A DNA stretch of 64,000 nucleotides from Nemertoderma westbladi (taxonomy: Eukaryota; Animalia; Xenacoelomorpha): positions 1 to 64,000 of the forward strand of contig JAUCBJ010001919.1 of NCBI GenBank assembly GCA_032718475.1, read 5' to 3'. Each line of letters starts with the position of its first letter. Within the stretch, counting starts at the first letter, position 1. A model generated the notes under the pieces. The model ran no database searches. It saw only the letters and a list, made by a program, of their open reading frames with translations, and was not told where the DNA came from. The translations under genes and the position numbers were made by a program. This document shows, piece after piece, positions 36,688 through 49,900 of the stretch.

Positions 36688-37884
36688 TCAATCTAAAATA
36701 TCAAATGGGTTTTGTGGACTTCCATTTGCAGCTGTTGTTTGGAGGTGTTGCCGTCTTGAGAATTGTTCACGACGCTTGACTCGTTGTTTATATGCAAGTT
36801 GTCGCTCGAACTCGGATAAGTCTCTATTGAAATATATACGCTCTTGATTGACAGTAAAGTACCGTTTTGCAATTAAGTTAGATGCATCAGCCTCGGTGTT
36901 AAATGATAGTAGTACAGGTCGAGACCGTCCATCATCCCTTTTCTTACCAAGACGTGTAATTGTTCGGAAGTGTAGCTTCTCGCCTAGAGCTTTCTCGAGA
37001 AAAGCACTGTCACAATGATGTTGATCTTCCATGTTGCTCCCTGATAGGTCACCAGGCATTTTATTGATAATGACATTGAACTTCCTCATTGCATTTTGCT
37101 TGATAATTTTTTCAACTCCAGCTGCATTGAATTCTCTGGTGATGTTTGTAGGGTTGGAAATTTTGTCGTTGATCGTCTTTAATTCTTCACAGTTTTTCTT
37201 TACCATGTCTGCCCATGTTGGGGTACAGTCAGATGGCTTTAATTCATGTACAATTGCAGAAAGATCATCCATACGACGAATTGAGTCGACCTTGAAAGCG
37301 TCAGAGTTTTCAAACCTGTATTGTAGTTCGGCCAGTTTATTTGTTGTCGCAACTTGGAATGAATCAATCTTATTTGTTAAGGTTGCATCGAGTTCATTTA
37401 TTGTTGAAGTAAGTTGTGATGTATCGTTGCGAACATCATTTGTTAAGTTTCTCAGATGGACTAGTTGTTTCGATAGGTTGCTGTTGTCTATCAGTAGGGT
37501 AGCTTGATCAGCTTCCAACTTTTCAATCTTTTGAGCAGAACACACACCGCAAAGAAAGTTTTGTGAGGATATGTCAAGCTCGACAGCCACCTGCGTTTCA
37601 ATTTCAGTCCAGGTAGTTTGGCAGAAGGAGCATTCAATCTTTGTGGTGATCCATTCTCTCGGTTTTGCTTTTTTCCTCTGCGATACTGTGGAAATTGTGT
37701 TTGCAGATGCACAGTAACCATCAGTAGATGTCCGTTGGGACATTGTGTTATTTTGTTTGGTTTTATTGGTGGTGTTCCCAGCCGAAGTTCGCGTTGCTGT
37801 AGATTTTGACGAACCGATTAGGGATACTCTTCTGTTGCTTGGAGAGCTTGTCTGCCTATCAATTGTGGCACTGGCAGTCGACAT
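36688..37884 (-). CDS. LINE ORF1: CxxC...CxxC zinc-finger-like region, coiled coil and RRM-like domain
   Basis: First ATG at 37884 (the ORF track starts at TTG 37926). CSFC...CGVC is followed by a heptad-rich helix, then RKFNVII...TRLGKK...RPVLLSF...IYFNRDLS, as in CR1/L2-group ORF1 proteins. Confidence 0.85.
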   Translation of the reverse strand: MSTASATIDRQTSSPSNRRVSLIGSSKSTATRTSAGNTTNKTKQNNTMSQRTSTDGYCASANTISTVSQRKKAKPREWITTKIECSFCQTTWTEIETQVAVELDISSQNFLCGVCSAQKIEKLEADQATLLIDNSNLSKQLVHLRNLTNDVRNDTSQLTSTINELDATLTNKIDSFQVATTNKLAELQYRFENSDAFKVDSIRRMDDLSAIVHELKPSDCTPTWADMVKKNCEELKTINDKISNPTNITREFNAAGVEKIIKQNAMRKFNVIINKMPGDLSGSNMEDQHHCDSAFLEKALGEKLHFRTITRLGKKRDDGRSRPVLLSFNTEADASNLIAKRYFTVNQERIYFNRDLSEFERQLAYKQRVKRREQFSRRQHLQTTAANGSPQNPFDILD

Positions 37885-37999
37885 CTTGTATTGTAACCCG
37901 GATTGAATATCTTTAGACTTATTCAATACAGTATAATCCGCAGTATCAACAGATCAAATGAATATCCTTAATCTTCTTCAATTGAGCTACTGAACCACT

Positions 38000-40900
38000 T
38001 GAATGTCCTCCTACAGTACTGAATGTCCTCCTACAGTACTGAATGTCCTCCTACATTACTGAATATCCTCCTACATTACTGAATGTCCTCCTACATTAGA
38101 TTACTGAATGTCCTCCTACATTACTGAATGTCCTCCTACATTACATTACGGAATGTCCTCCTACATTACTGAATATCCTCCTACATTACTGAATGTCCTC
38201 CTACATTACTGAATGTCCTCCTACATTACTGAATGTCCTCCTACATTACTGAATGTCCTCCTACATTACTGAATGTCCTCCTACATTACTGAATGTCCTC
38301 CTACATTACTGAATGTCCTCCTACATTACTGAATGTACTCCTACATTACATTACTGAATGTCCTCCTACATTACTGAATGTCCTCCTACATTACATTACT
38401 GAATGTCCTCCTACATTACTGAATATCCTCCTACATTACTGAATGTCCTCCTACATTACTGAATGTCCTCCTACATTACTGAATGTCCTCCTACATTACT
38501 GAATGTCCTCCTACATTACTGAATATCCTCCTACAGTACTGAATGTCCTCCTACAGTACTGAATGTCCTCCTACAGTACTGAATGTCCTCCTACATTACT
38601 GAATGTCCTCCTACATTACTGAATGTCCTCCTACATTACTGAATGTCCTCCTACATTACATTACTGAATGTCCTCCTACATTACTGAATGTCCTCCTACA
38701 GTACTGAATGTCCTCCTACATTACTGAATGTCCTCCTACATTACTGAATATCCTCCTACAGTACTGAATGTCCTCCTACAGTACTGAATGTCCTCCTACA
38801 GTACTGAATGTCCTCCTACAGTACTGAATGTCCTACTACATTACTGAATATCCTCCTACATTACTGAATGTCCTCCTACATTACATTACTGAATGTCCTC
38901 CTACATTACATTACTGAATGTCCTCCTACATTACTGAATATCCTCCTACATTACTGAATATCCTCCTACATTACATTACTGAATGTCCTCCTACATTACA
39001 TTACTGAATGTCCTCCTACATTACAGTACTGAATGTCCTCCTACAGTACTGAATGTCCTCCTACAGTACTGAATGTCCTCCTACAGTACTGAATGTCCTC
39101 CTACATTACTGAATGTCCTCCTACATTACATTACTGAATGTCCTCCTACATTACTGAATATACTCCTACATTACTGAATGTCCTCCTACATTACATTACT
39201 GAATGTCCTCCTACATTACATTACTGAATGTCCTCCTACATTACTGAATATCCTCCTACATTACTGAATATCCTCCTATGTTACATTACTGAATGTCCTC
39301 CTACATTACATTACTGAATGTCCTCCTACATTACATTACTGAATGTCCTCCTACATTACATTACTGAATGTCCTCCTACATTACATTACTGAATGTCCTC
39401 CTACATTACATTACTGAATGTCCTCCTACATTACTGAATGTCCTTCTACATTACTGAATGTCCTCCTACATTACATTACTGAATGTCCTCCTACATTACA
39501 TTACTGAATGTCCTTCTACATTACTGAATGTCCTCCTACATTACTGAATGTCCTCCTACATTACATTACTGAATGTCCTTCTACATTACTGAATGTCCTC
39601 CTACATTACATTACTGAATGTCCTCCTACATTACTGAATGTCCTCCTACATTACATTACTGAATGTCCTCCTACATTACATTACTGAATGTCCTCCTACA
39701 TTACTGAACATCCTCCTACAGTACTGAATGTCCTCCTACAGTACTGAATGTCCTCCTACAGTACTGAATGTCCTCCTACAGTACTGAATGTCCTCCTACA
39801 TTACATTACTGAATGTCCTCCTACATTACTGAATGTCCTCCTACATTACTGAATGTCCTCCTACATTACTGAATGTCCTCCTACATTACTGAATGTCCTC
39901 CTACAGTACTGAATGTCCTCCTACATTACTGAATGTCCTCCTACATTACATTACTGAATGTCCTCCTACATTACTGAATGTCCTCCTACAGTACTGAATG
40001 TCCTCCTACATTACTGAATGTCCTCCTACATTACTGAATGTCCTCCTACATTACTGAATGTCCTCCTACATTACTGAATGTCCTCCTACATTACTGAATG
40101 TCCTCCTACATTACATTACTGAATGTCTTCCTACAGTACTGAATGTCCTCCTACATTACTGAATATCCTCCTACAGTACTGAATGTCCTCCTACAGTACT
40201 GAATGTCCTCCTACAGTACTGAATGTCCTCCTACAGTACTGAATGTCCTCCTACATTACATTAATGAATGTCCTCCTACATTACTGAGTGTCCTCCTACA
40301 TTACTGAATGTCCTCCTACAGTACTGAATGTCCTCCTACATTACTGAATGTCCTCCTACATTACATTACTGAATGTCCTCCTACATTACTGAATGTCCTC
40401 CTACAGTACTGAATGTCCTCCTACATTACTGAATGTCCTCCTAGATTACTGAATATCCTCCTACATTACATTACTGAATGTCCTCCTACATTACTGAATG
40501 TCCTCCTACATTACTGAATGTCATCCTACATTACTGAATGTCCTCGTACAGTACTGAATGTCCTCCTACATTACTGAATATCCTCCTACCGTACTGAATG
40601 TCCTCCTACATTACTGAATGTCCTCCTACATTACTGAATGTCCTCGTACAGTACTGAATGTCCTCCTACATTACTGAATATCCTCCTACCGTACTGAATG
40701 TCCTCCTACAGTACTGAATGTCCTCCTACAGTACTGAATGTCCTCCTACAGTACTGAATGTCCTCCTACATTACTGAATGTCCTCCTACATTACTGAATA
40801 TCCTCCTACAGTACTGAATGTCCTCCTACAGTACTGAATGTCCTCCTACAGTACTGAATGTCCTCCTACAGTACTGAATGTCCACCTACAGTACTGAATG

Positions 40901-43900
40901 TCCTCCTACAGTACTGAATGTCCTCCTACATTACTGAATGTCCTCCTACAGTACTGAATGTCCTCCTACAGTACTGAATGTCCTCCTACAGTACTGAATG
41001 CCCTCCTACATTACTGAATATCCTCCTACATTACTGAATGTCCTCCTACATTACATTACTGAATGTCCTCCTACATTACATTACTGAATGTCCTCCTACA
41101 GTACTGAATGTCCTCCTACAGTACTGAATGTCCTCCTACATTACTGAATATCCTCCTACATTACTGAATGTCCTCCTACATTGGATTACTGAATGTCCTC
41201 CTACATTACTGAATGTCCTCCTACATTACATTACTGAATGTCCTCCTACATTACTGAATATCCTCCTACATTACTGAATGTCCTCCTACATTACTGAATG
41301 TCCTCCTACATTACTGAATGTCCTCCTACATTACTGAATGTCCTCCTACATTGCTGAATGTCCTCCTACATTACTGAATGTCCTCCTACATTACTGAATG
41401 TCCTCCTACATTACTGAATGTCCTCCTACATTACTGAATGTCCTCCTACATTACTGAATGTCCTCCTACATTACTGAATGTCCTCCTACATTACTGAATG
41501 TCCTCCTACATTACTGAATGTCCTCCTACATTACTGAATGTCCTCCTACATTACTGAATGTCCTCCTACATTACTGAATGTCCTCCTACATTACATTACT
41601 GAATGTCCTCCTACATTACTGAATATCCTCCTACATTACATTACTGAATGTCCTCCTACAGTACTGAAAGTCCTCATACAGTACTGAATGTCCTCCTACA
41701 GTACTGAATGTCCTCCTACATTACTGAATATCCTCCTACATTACTGAATGTCCTCCTACATTACATTACTGAATGTCCTCCTACATTACTGAATGTCCTC
41801 CTACATTACATTACTGAATGTCCTCCTACATTACTGAATATCCTCCTACATTACTGAATGTCCTCCTACATTACTGAATGTCCTCCTACATTACTGAATG
41901 TCCTCCTACATTACTGAATGTCCTCCTACATTACTGAATGTCCTCCTACATTACATTACTGAATGTCCTCCTACATTACATTACTGAATGTCCTCCTACA
42001 TTACTGAATGTCCTCCTACATTACTGAATGTCCTCCTACATTACTGAATGTCCTCCTACATTACTGAATGTCCTCCTACATTACTGAATGTCCTCCTACA
42101 TTACTGAATGTCCTCCTACATTACTGAATGTCCTCCTACATTACTGAATGTCCTCCTACATTACTGAATGTCCTCCTACATTACTGAATGTCCTCCTACA
42201 TTACTGAATGTCCTCCTACATTACTGAATGTCCTCCTACATTACTGAATGTCCTCCTACATTACTGAATGTCCTCCTACATTACATTACTGAATGTCCTC
42301 CTACATTACATTACTGAATGTCGTCCTACATTACTGAATATCCTCCTACATTACATTACTGAATGTCCTCCTACAGTACTGAATATCCTCCTACATTACT
42401 GAATGTCCTCCTACATTACATTACTGAATGTCCTCCTACATTACTGAATGTCCTCCTACATTACATTACTGAATGTCCTCCTACATTACTGAATATCCTC
42501 CTACATTACTGAATGTCCTCCTACATTACTGAATGTCCTCCTACATTACTGAATGTCCTCCTACATTACTGAATGTCCTCCTACATTACTGAATGTCCTC
42601 CTACATTACATTACTGAATGTCCTCCTACATTACATTACTGAATGTCCTCCTACAGTACTGAATGTCCTCCTACATTACTGAATGTCCTCCTACATTACT
42701 GAATATCCTCCTACAGTACTGAATGTCCTCCTACAGTACTGAATGTCCTCCTACAGTACTGAATGTCCTCCTACAGTACTGAATGTCCTCCTACATTACT
42801 GAAAATCCTCCTACATTACTGAATGTCCTCCTACATTACATTACTGAATGTCCTCCTACATTACATTACTGAATGTCCTCCTACATTACTGAATGTCCTC
42901 CTACATTACTGAATGTCCTCCTACATTACTGAATGTCCTCCTACATTACTGAATGTCCTCCTACATTACTGAATGTCCTCCTACATTACATTACTGAATG
43001 TCCTCCTACATTACTGAATGTCCTCCTACAGTACTGAATGTCCTCCTACATTACTGAATGTCCTCCTACATTACTGAATATCCTCCTACAGTACTGAATG
43101 TCCTCCTACAGTACTGAATGTCCTCCTACAGTACTGAATGTCCTCCTACAGTACTGAATGTCCTCCTACATTACTGAATATCCTCCTACATTACTGAATG
43201 TCCTCCTACATTACATTACTGAATGTCCTCCTACATTACATTACTGAATGTCCTCCTACATTACTGAATATCCTCCTACATTACTGAATATCCTCCTACA
43301 TTACATTACTGAATGTCCTCCTACATTACATTACTGAATGTCCTCCTACATTACAGTACTGAATGTCCTCCTACAGTACTGAATGTCCTCCTACAGTACT
43401 GAATGTCCTCCTACAGTACTGAATGTCCTCCTACATTACTGAATGTCCTCCTACATTACATTACTGAATGTCCTCCTACATTACTGAATATACTCCTACA
43501 TTACTGAATGTCCTCCTACATTACATTACTGAATGTCCTCCTACATTACATTACTGAATGTCCTCCTACATTACTGAATATCCTCCTACATTACTGAATA
43601 TCCTCCTATGTTACATTACTGAATGTCCTCCTACATTACATTACTGAATGTCCTCCTATATTACATTACTGAATGTCCTCCTACATTACATTACTGAATG
43701 TCCTCCTACATTACATTACTGAATGTCCTCCTACATTACATTACTGAATGTCCTCCTACATTACTGAATGTCCTTCTACATTACTGAATGTCCTCCTACA
43801 TTACATTACTGAATGTCCTCCTACATTACATTACTGAATGTCCTTCTACATTACTGAATGTCCTCCTACATTACTGAATGTCCTCCTACATTACATTACT

Positions 43901-46900
43901 GAATGTCCTTCTACATTACTGAATGTCCTCCTACATTACATTACTGAATGTCCTCCTACATTACTGAATGTCCTCCTACATTACATTACTGAATGTCCTC
44001 CTACATTACATTACTGAATGTCCTCCTACATTACTGAACATCCTCCTACAGTACTGAATGTCCTCCTACAGTACTGAATGTCCTCCTACAGTACTGAATG
44101 TCCTCCTACAGTACTGAATGTCCTCCTACATTACATTACTGAATGTCCTCCTACATTACTGAATGTCCTCCTACATTACTGAATGTCCTCCTACATTACT
44201 GAATGTCCTCCTACATTACTGAATGTCCTCCTACAGTACTGAATGTCCTCCTACATTACTGAATGTCCTCCTACATTACATTACTGAATGTCCTCCTACA
44301 TTACTGAATGTCCTCCTACAGTACTGAATGTCCTCCTACATTACTGAATGTCCTCCTACATTACTGAATGTCCTCCTACATTACTGAATGTCCTCCTACA
44401 TTACTGAATGTCCTCCTACATTACTGAATGTCCTCCTACATTACATTACTGAATGTCTTCCTACAGTACTGAATGTCCTCCTACATTACTGAATATCCTC
44501 CTACAGTACTGAATGTCCTCCTACAGTACTGAATGTCCTCCTACAGTACTGAATGTCCTCCTACAGTACTGAATGTCCTCCTACATTACATTAATGAATG
44601 TCCTCCTACATTACTGAGTGTCCTCCTACATTACTGAATGTCCTCCTACAGTACTGAATGTCCTCCTACATTACTGAATGTCCTCCTACATTACATTACT
44701 GAATGTCCTCCTACATTACTGAATGTCCTCCTACAGTACTGAATGTCCTCCTACATTACTGAATGTCCTCCTAGATTACTGAATATCCTCCTACATTACA
44801 TTACTGAATGTCCTCCTACATTACTGAATGTCCTCCTACATTACTGAATGTCCTCCTACATTACTGAATGTCCTCGTACAGTACTGAATGTCCTCCTACA
44901 TTACTGAATATCCTCCTACCGTACTGAATGTCCTCCTACATTACTGAATGTCCTCCTACATTACTGAATGTCCTCGTACAGTACTGAATGTCCTCCTACA
45001 TTACTGAATATCCTCCTACCGTACTGAATGTCCTCCTACAGTACTGAATGTCCTCCTACAGTACTGAATGTCCTCCTACAGTACTGAATGTCCTCCTACA
45101 TTACTGAATGTCCTCCTACATTACTGAATATCCTCCTACAGTACTGAATGTCCTCCTACAGTACTGAATGTCCTCCTACAGTACTGAATGTCCTCCTACA
45201 GTACTGAATGTCCACCTACAGTACTGAATGTCCTCCTACAGTACTGAATGTCCTCCTACATTACTGAATGTCCTCCTACAGTACTGAATGTCCTCCTACA
45301 GTACTGAATGTCCTCCTACAGTACTGAATGCCCTCCTACATTACTGAATATCCTCCTACATTACTGAATGTCCTCCTACATTACATTACTGAATGTCCTC
45401 CTACATTACATTACTGAATGTCCTCCTACAGTACTGAATGTCCTCCTACAGTACTGAATGTCCTCCTACATTACTGAATATCCTCCTACATTACTGAATG
45501 TCCTCCTACATTAGATTACTGAATGTCCTCCTACATTACTGAATGTCCTCCTACATTACATTACTGAATGTCCTCCTACATTACTGAATATCCTCCTACA
45601 TTACTGAATGTCCTCCTACATTACTGAATGTCCTCCTACATTACTGAATGTCCTCCTACATTACTGAATGTCCTCCTACATTACTGAATGTCCTCCTACA
45701 TTACTGAATGTCCTCCTACATTACTGAATGTCCTCCTACATTACTGAATGTCCTCCTACATTACTGAATGTCCTCCTACATTACTGAATGTCCTCCTACA
45801 TTACTGAATGTCCTCCTACATTACTGAATGTCCTCCTACATTACTGAATGTCCTCCTACATTACTGAATGTCCTCCTACATTACTGAATGTCCTCCTACA
45901 TTACATTACTGAATGTCCTCCTACATTACTGAATATCCTCCTACATTACATTACTGAATGTCCTCCTACAGTACTGAAAGTCCTCATACAGTACTGAATG
46001 TCCTCCTACAGTACTGAATGTCCTCCTACATTACTGAATATCCTCCTACATTACTGAATGTCCTCCTACATTACATTACTGAATGTCCTCCTACATTACT
46101 GAATGTCCTCCTACATTACATTACTGAATGTCCTCCTACATTACTGAATATCCTCCTACATTACTGAATGTCCTCCTACATTACTGAATGTCCTCCTACA
46201 TTACTGAATGTCCTCCTACATTACTGAATGTCCTCCTACATTACTGAATGTCCTCCTACATTACATTACTGAATGTCCTCCTACATTACATTACTGAATG
46301 TCCTCCTACATTACTGAATGTCCTCCTACATTACTGAATGTCCTCCTACATTACTGAATGTCCTCCTACATTACTGAATGTCCACCTACATTACTGAATG
46401 TCCTCCTACATTACTGAATGTCCTCCTACATTACTGAATGTCCTCCTACATTACTGAATGTCCTCCTACATTACTGAATGTCCTCCTACATTACTGAATG
46501 TCCTCCTACATTACTGAATGTCCTCCTACATTACTGAATGTCCTCCTACATTACTGAATGTCCTCCTACATTACTGAATGTCCTCCTACATTACATTACT
46601 GAATGTCCTCCTACATTACTGAATATCCTCCTACATTACATTACTGAATGTCCTCCTACAGTACTGAAAGTCCTCCTACAGTACTGAATGTCCTCCTACA
46701 GTACTGAATGTCCTCCTACATTACTGAATATCCTCCTACATTACTGAATGTCCTCCTACATTACATTACTGAATGTCCTCCTACATTACTGAATGTCCTC
46801 CTACATTACATTACTGAATGTCCTCCTACATTACATTACTGAATGTCCTCCTACATTACTGAATGTCCTCCTACATTACTGAATGTCCTCCTACATTACT

Positions 46901-49900
46901 GAATGTCCTCCTACATTACTGAATGTCCTCCTACATTACTGAATGTCCTCCTACATTACTGAATGTCCTCCTACATTACTGAATGTCCTCCTACATTACT
47001 GAATGTCCTCCTACATTACATTACTGAATGTCCTCCTACATTACTGAATGTCCTCCTACAGTACTGAATGTCCTCCTACATTACTGAATGTCCTCCTACA
47101 TTACTGAATATCCTCCTACAGTACTGAATGTCCTCCTACAGTACTGAATGTCCTCCTACAGTACTGAATGTCCTCCTACAGTACTGAATGTCCTCCTACA
47201 TTACTGAATATCCTCCTACATTACTGAATGTCCTCCTACATTACATTACTGAATGTCCTCCTACATTACATTACTGAATGTCCTCCTACATTACATTACT
47301 GAATGTCCTCCTACATTACATTACTGAATGTCCTCCTACATTACTGAATATCCTTCTACATTACTGAATGTCCTCCTACATTACATTACTGAATGTCCTC
47401 CTACATTACATTACTGAATGTCCTTCTACATTACTGAATGTCCTCCTACATTACTGAATGTCCTCCTACATTACATTACTGAATGTCCTTCTACATTACT
47501 GAATGTCCTCCTACATTACATTACTGAATGTCCTCCTACATTACTGAATGTCCTCCTACATTACATTACTGAATGTCCTCCTACATTACATTACTGAATG
47601 TCCTCCTACATTACTGAACATCCTCCTACAGTACTGAATGTCCTCCTACAGTACTGAATGTCCTCCTACAGTACTGAATGTCCTCCTACAGTACTGAATG
47701 TCCTCCTACATTACATTACTGAATGTCCTCCTACATTACTGAATGTCCTCCTACATTACTGAATGTCCTCCTACATTACTGAATGTCCTCCTACATTACT
47801 GAATGTCCTCCTACAGTACTGAATGTCCTCCTACATTACTGAATGTCCTCCTACATTACATTACTGAATGTCCTCCTACATTACTGAATGTCCTCCTACA
47901 GTACTGAATGTCCTCCTACATTACTGAATGTCCTCCTACATTACTGAATGTCCTCCTACATTACTGAATGTCCTCCTACATTACTGAATGTCCTCCTACA
48001 TTACATTACTGAATGTCCTCCTACATTACATTACTGAATGTCCTCCTACATTACTGAATGTCCTCCTACATTACTGAATGTCCTCCTACATTACTGAATG
48101 TCATCCTACATTACTGAATGTCCTCCTACATTACTGAATGTCCTCCTACATTACTGAATGTCCTCCTACATTACTGAATGTCCTCCTACATTACTGAATG
48201 TCCTCCTACATTACTGAATGTCCTCCTACATTACTGAATGTCCTCCTACATTACTGAATGTCCTCCTACATTACTGAATGTCCTCCTACATTACTGAATG
48301 TCCTCCTACATTACTGAATGTCCTCCTACATTACATTACTGAATGTCCTCCTACATTACTGAATATCCTCCTACATTACATTACTGAATGTCCTCCTACA
48401 GTACTGAAAGTCCTCCTACAGTACTGAATGTCCTCCTACAGTACTGAATGTCCTCCTACATTACTGAATATCCTCCTACATTACTGAATGTCCTCCTACA
48501 TTACATTACTGAATGTCCTCCTACATTACTGAATGTCCTCCTACATTACATTACTGAATGTCCTCCTACATTACTGAATATCCTCCTACATTACTGAATG
48601 TCCTCCTACATTACTGAATGTCCTCCTACATTACTGAATGTCCTCCTACATTACTGAATGTCCTCCTACATTACTGAATGTCCTCCTACATTACTGAATG
48701 TCCTCCTACATTACTGAATGTCCTCCTACATTACTGAATGTCCTCCTACATTACATTACTGAATGTCCTCCTACATTACTGAATGTCCTCCTACAGTACT
48801 GAATGTCCTCCTACATTACTGAATGTCCTCCTACATTACTGAATATCCTCCTACAGTACTGAATGTCCTCCTACAGTACTGAATGTCCTCCTACAGTACT
48901 GAATGTCCTCCTACAGTACTGAATGTCCTCCTACATTACTGAATATCCTCCTACATTACTGAATGTCCTCCTACATTACATTACTGAATGTCCTCCTACA
49001 TTACATTACTGAATGTCCTCCTACATTACATTACTGAATGTCCTCCTACATTACATTACTGAATGTCCTCCTACATTACTGAATGTCCTTCTACATTACT
49101 GAATGTCCTCCTACATTACATTACTGAATGTCCTCCTACATTACATTACTGAATGTCCTTCTACATTACTGAATGTCCTCCTACATTACTGAATGTCCTC
49201 CTACATTACATTACTGAATGTCCTTCTACATTACTGAATGTCCTCCTACATTACATTACTGAATGTCCTCCTACATTACTGAATGTCCTCCTACATTACA
49301 TTACTGAATGTCCTCCTACATTACATTACTGAATGTCCTCCTACATTACTGAACATCCTCCTACAGTACTGAATGTCCTCCTACAGTACTGAATGTCCTC
49401 CTACAGTACTGAATGTCCTCCTACAGTACTGAATGTCCTCCTACATTACATTACTGAATGTCCTCCTACATTACTGAATGTCCTCCTACATTACTGAATG
49501 TCCTCCTACATTACTGAATGTCCTCCTACATTACTGAATGTCCTCCTACAGTACTGAATGTCCTCCTACATTACTGAATGTCCTCCTACATTACATTACT
49601 GAATGTCCTCCTACATTACTGAATGTCCTCCTACAGTACTGAAAGTCCTCCTACATTACTGAATGTCCTCCTACATTACTGAATGTCCTCCTACATTACT
49701 GAATGTCCTCCTACATTACTGAATGTCCTCCTACATTACTGAATGTCCTCCTACATTACATTACTGAATGTCTTCCTACAGTACTGAATGTCCTCCTACA
49801 TTACTGAATATCCTCCTACAGTACTGAATGTCCTCCTACAGTACTGAATGTCCTCCTACAGCACTGAATGTCCTCCTACAGTACTGAATGTCCTCTTACA

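Larger units (their letters stand above)
33021..37999 (-). mobile_element. Full-length CR1-group (Crack/Daphne/L2-like) LINE inserted into the satellite
   Basis: Intact ORF1 and ORF2, ~560-nt AT-rich 3' UTR, (ATCAA)4 tail (TTGATTTGATTTGATTTGAT at 33021-33040 on +), and TGAAT duplicated at 33016-33020 and 38000-38004. Confidence 0.93.
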
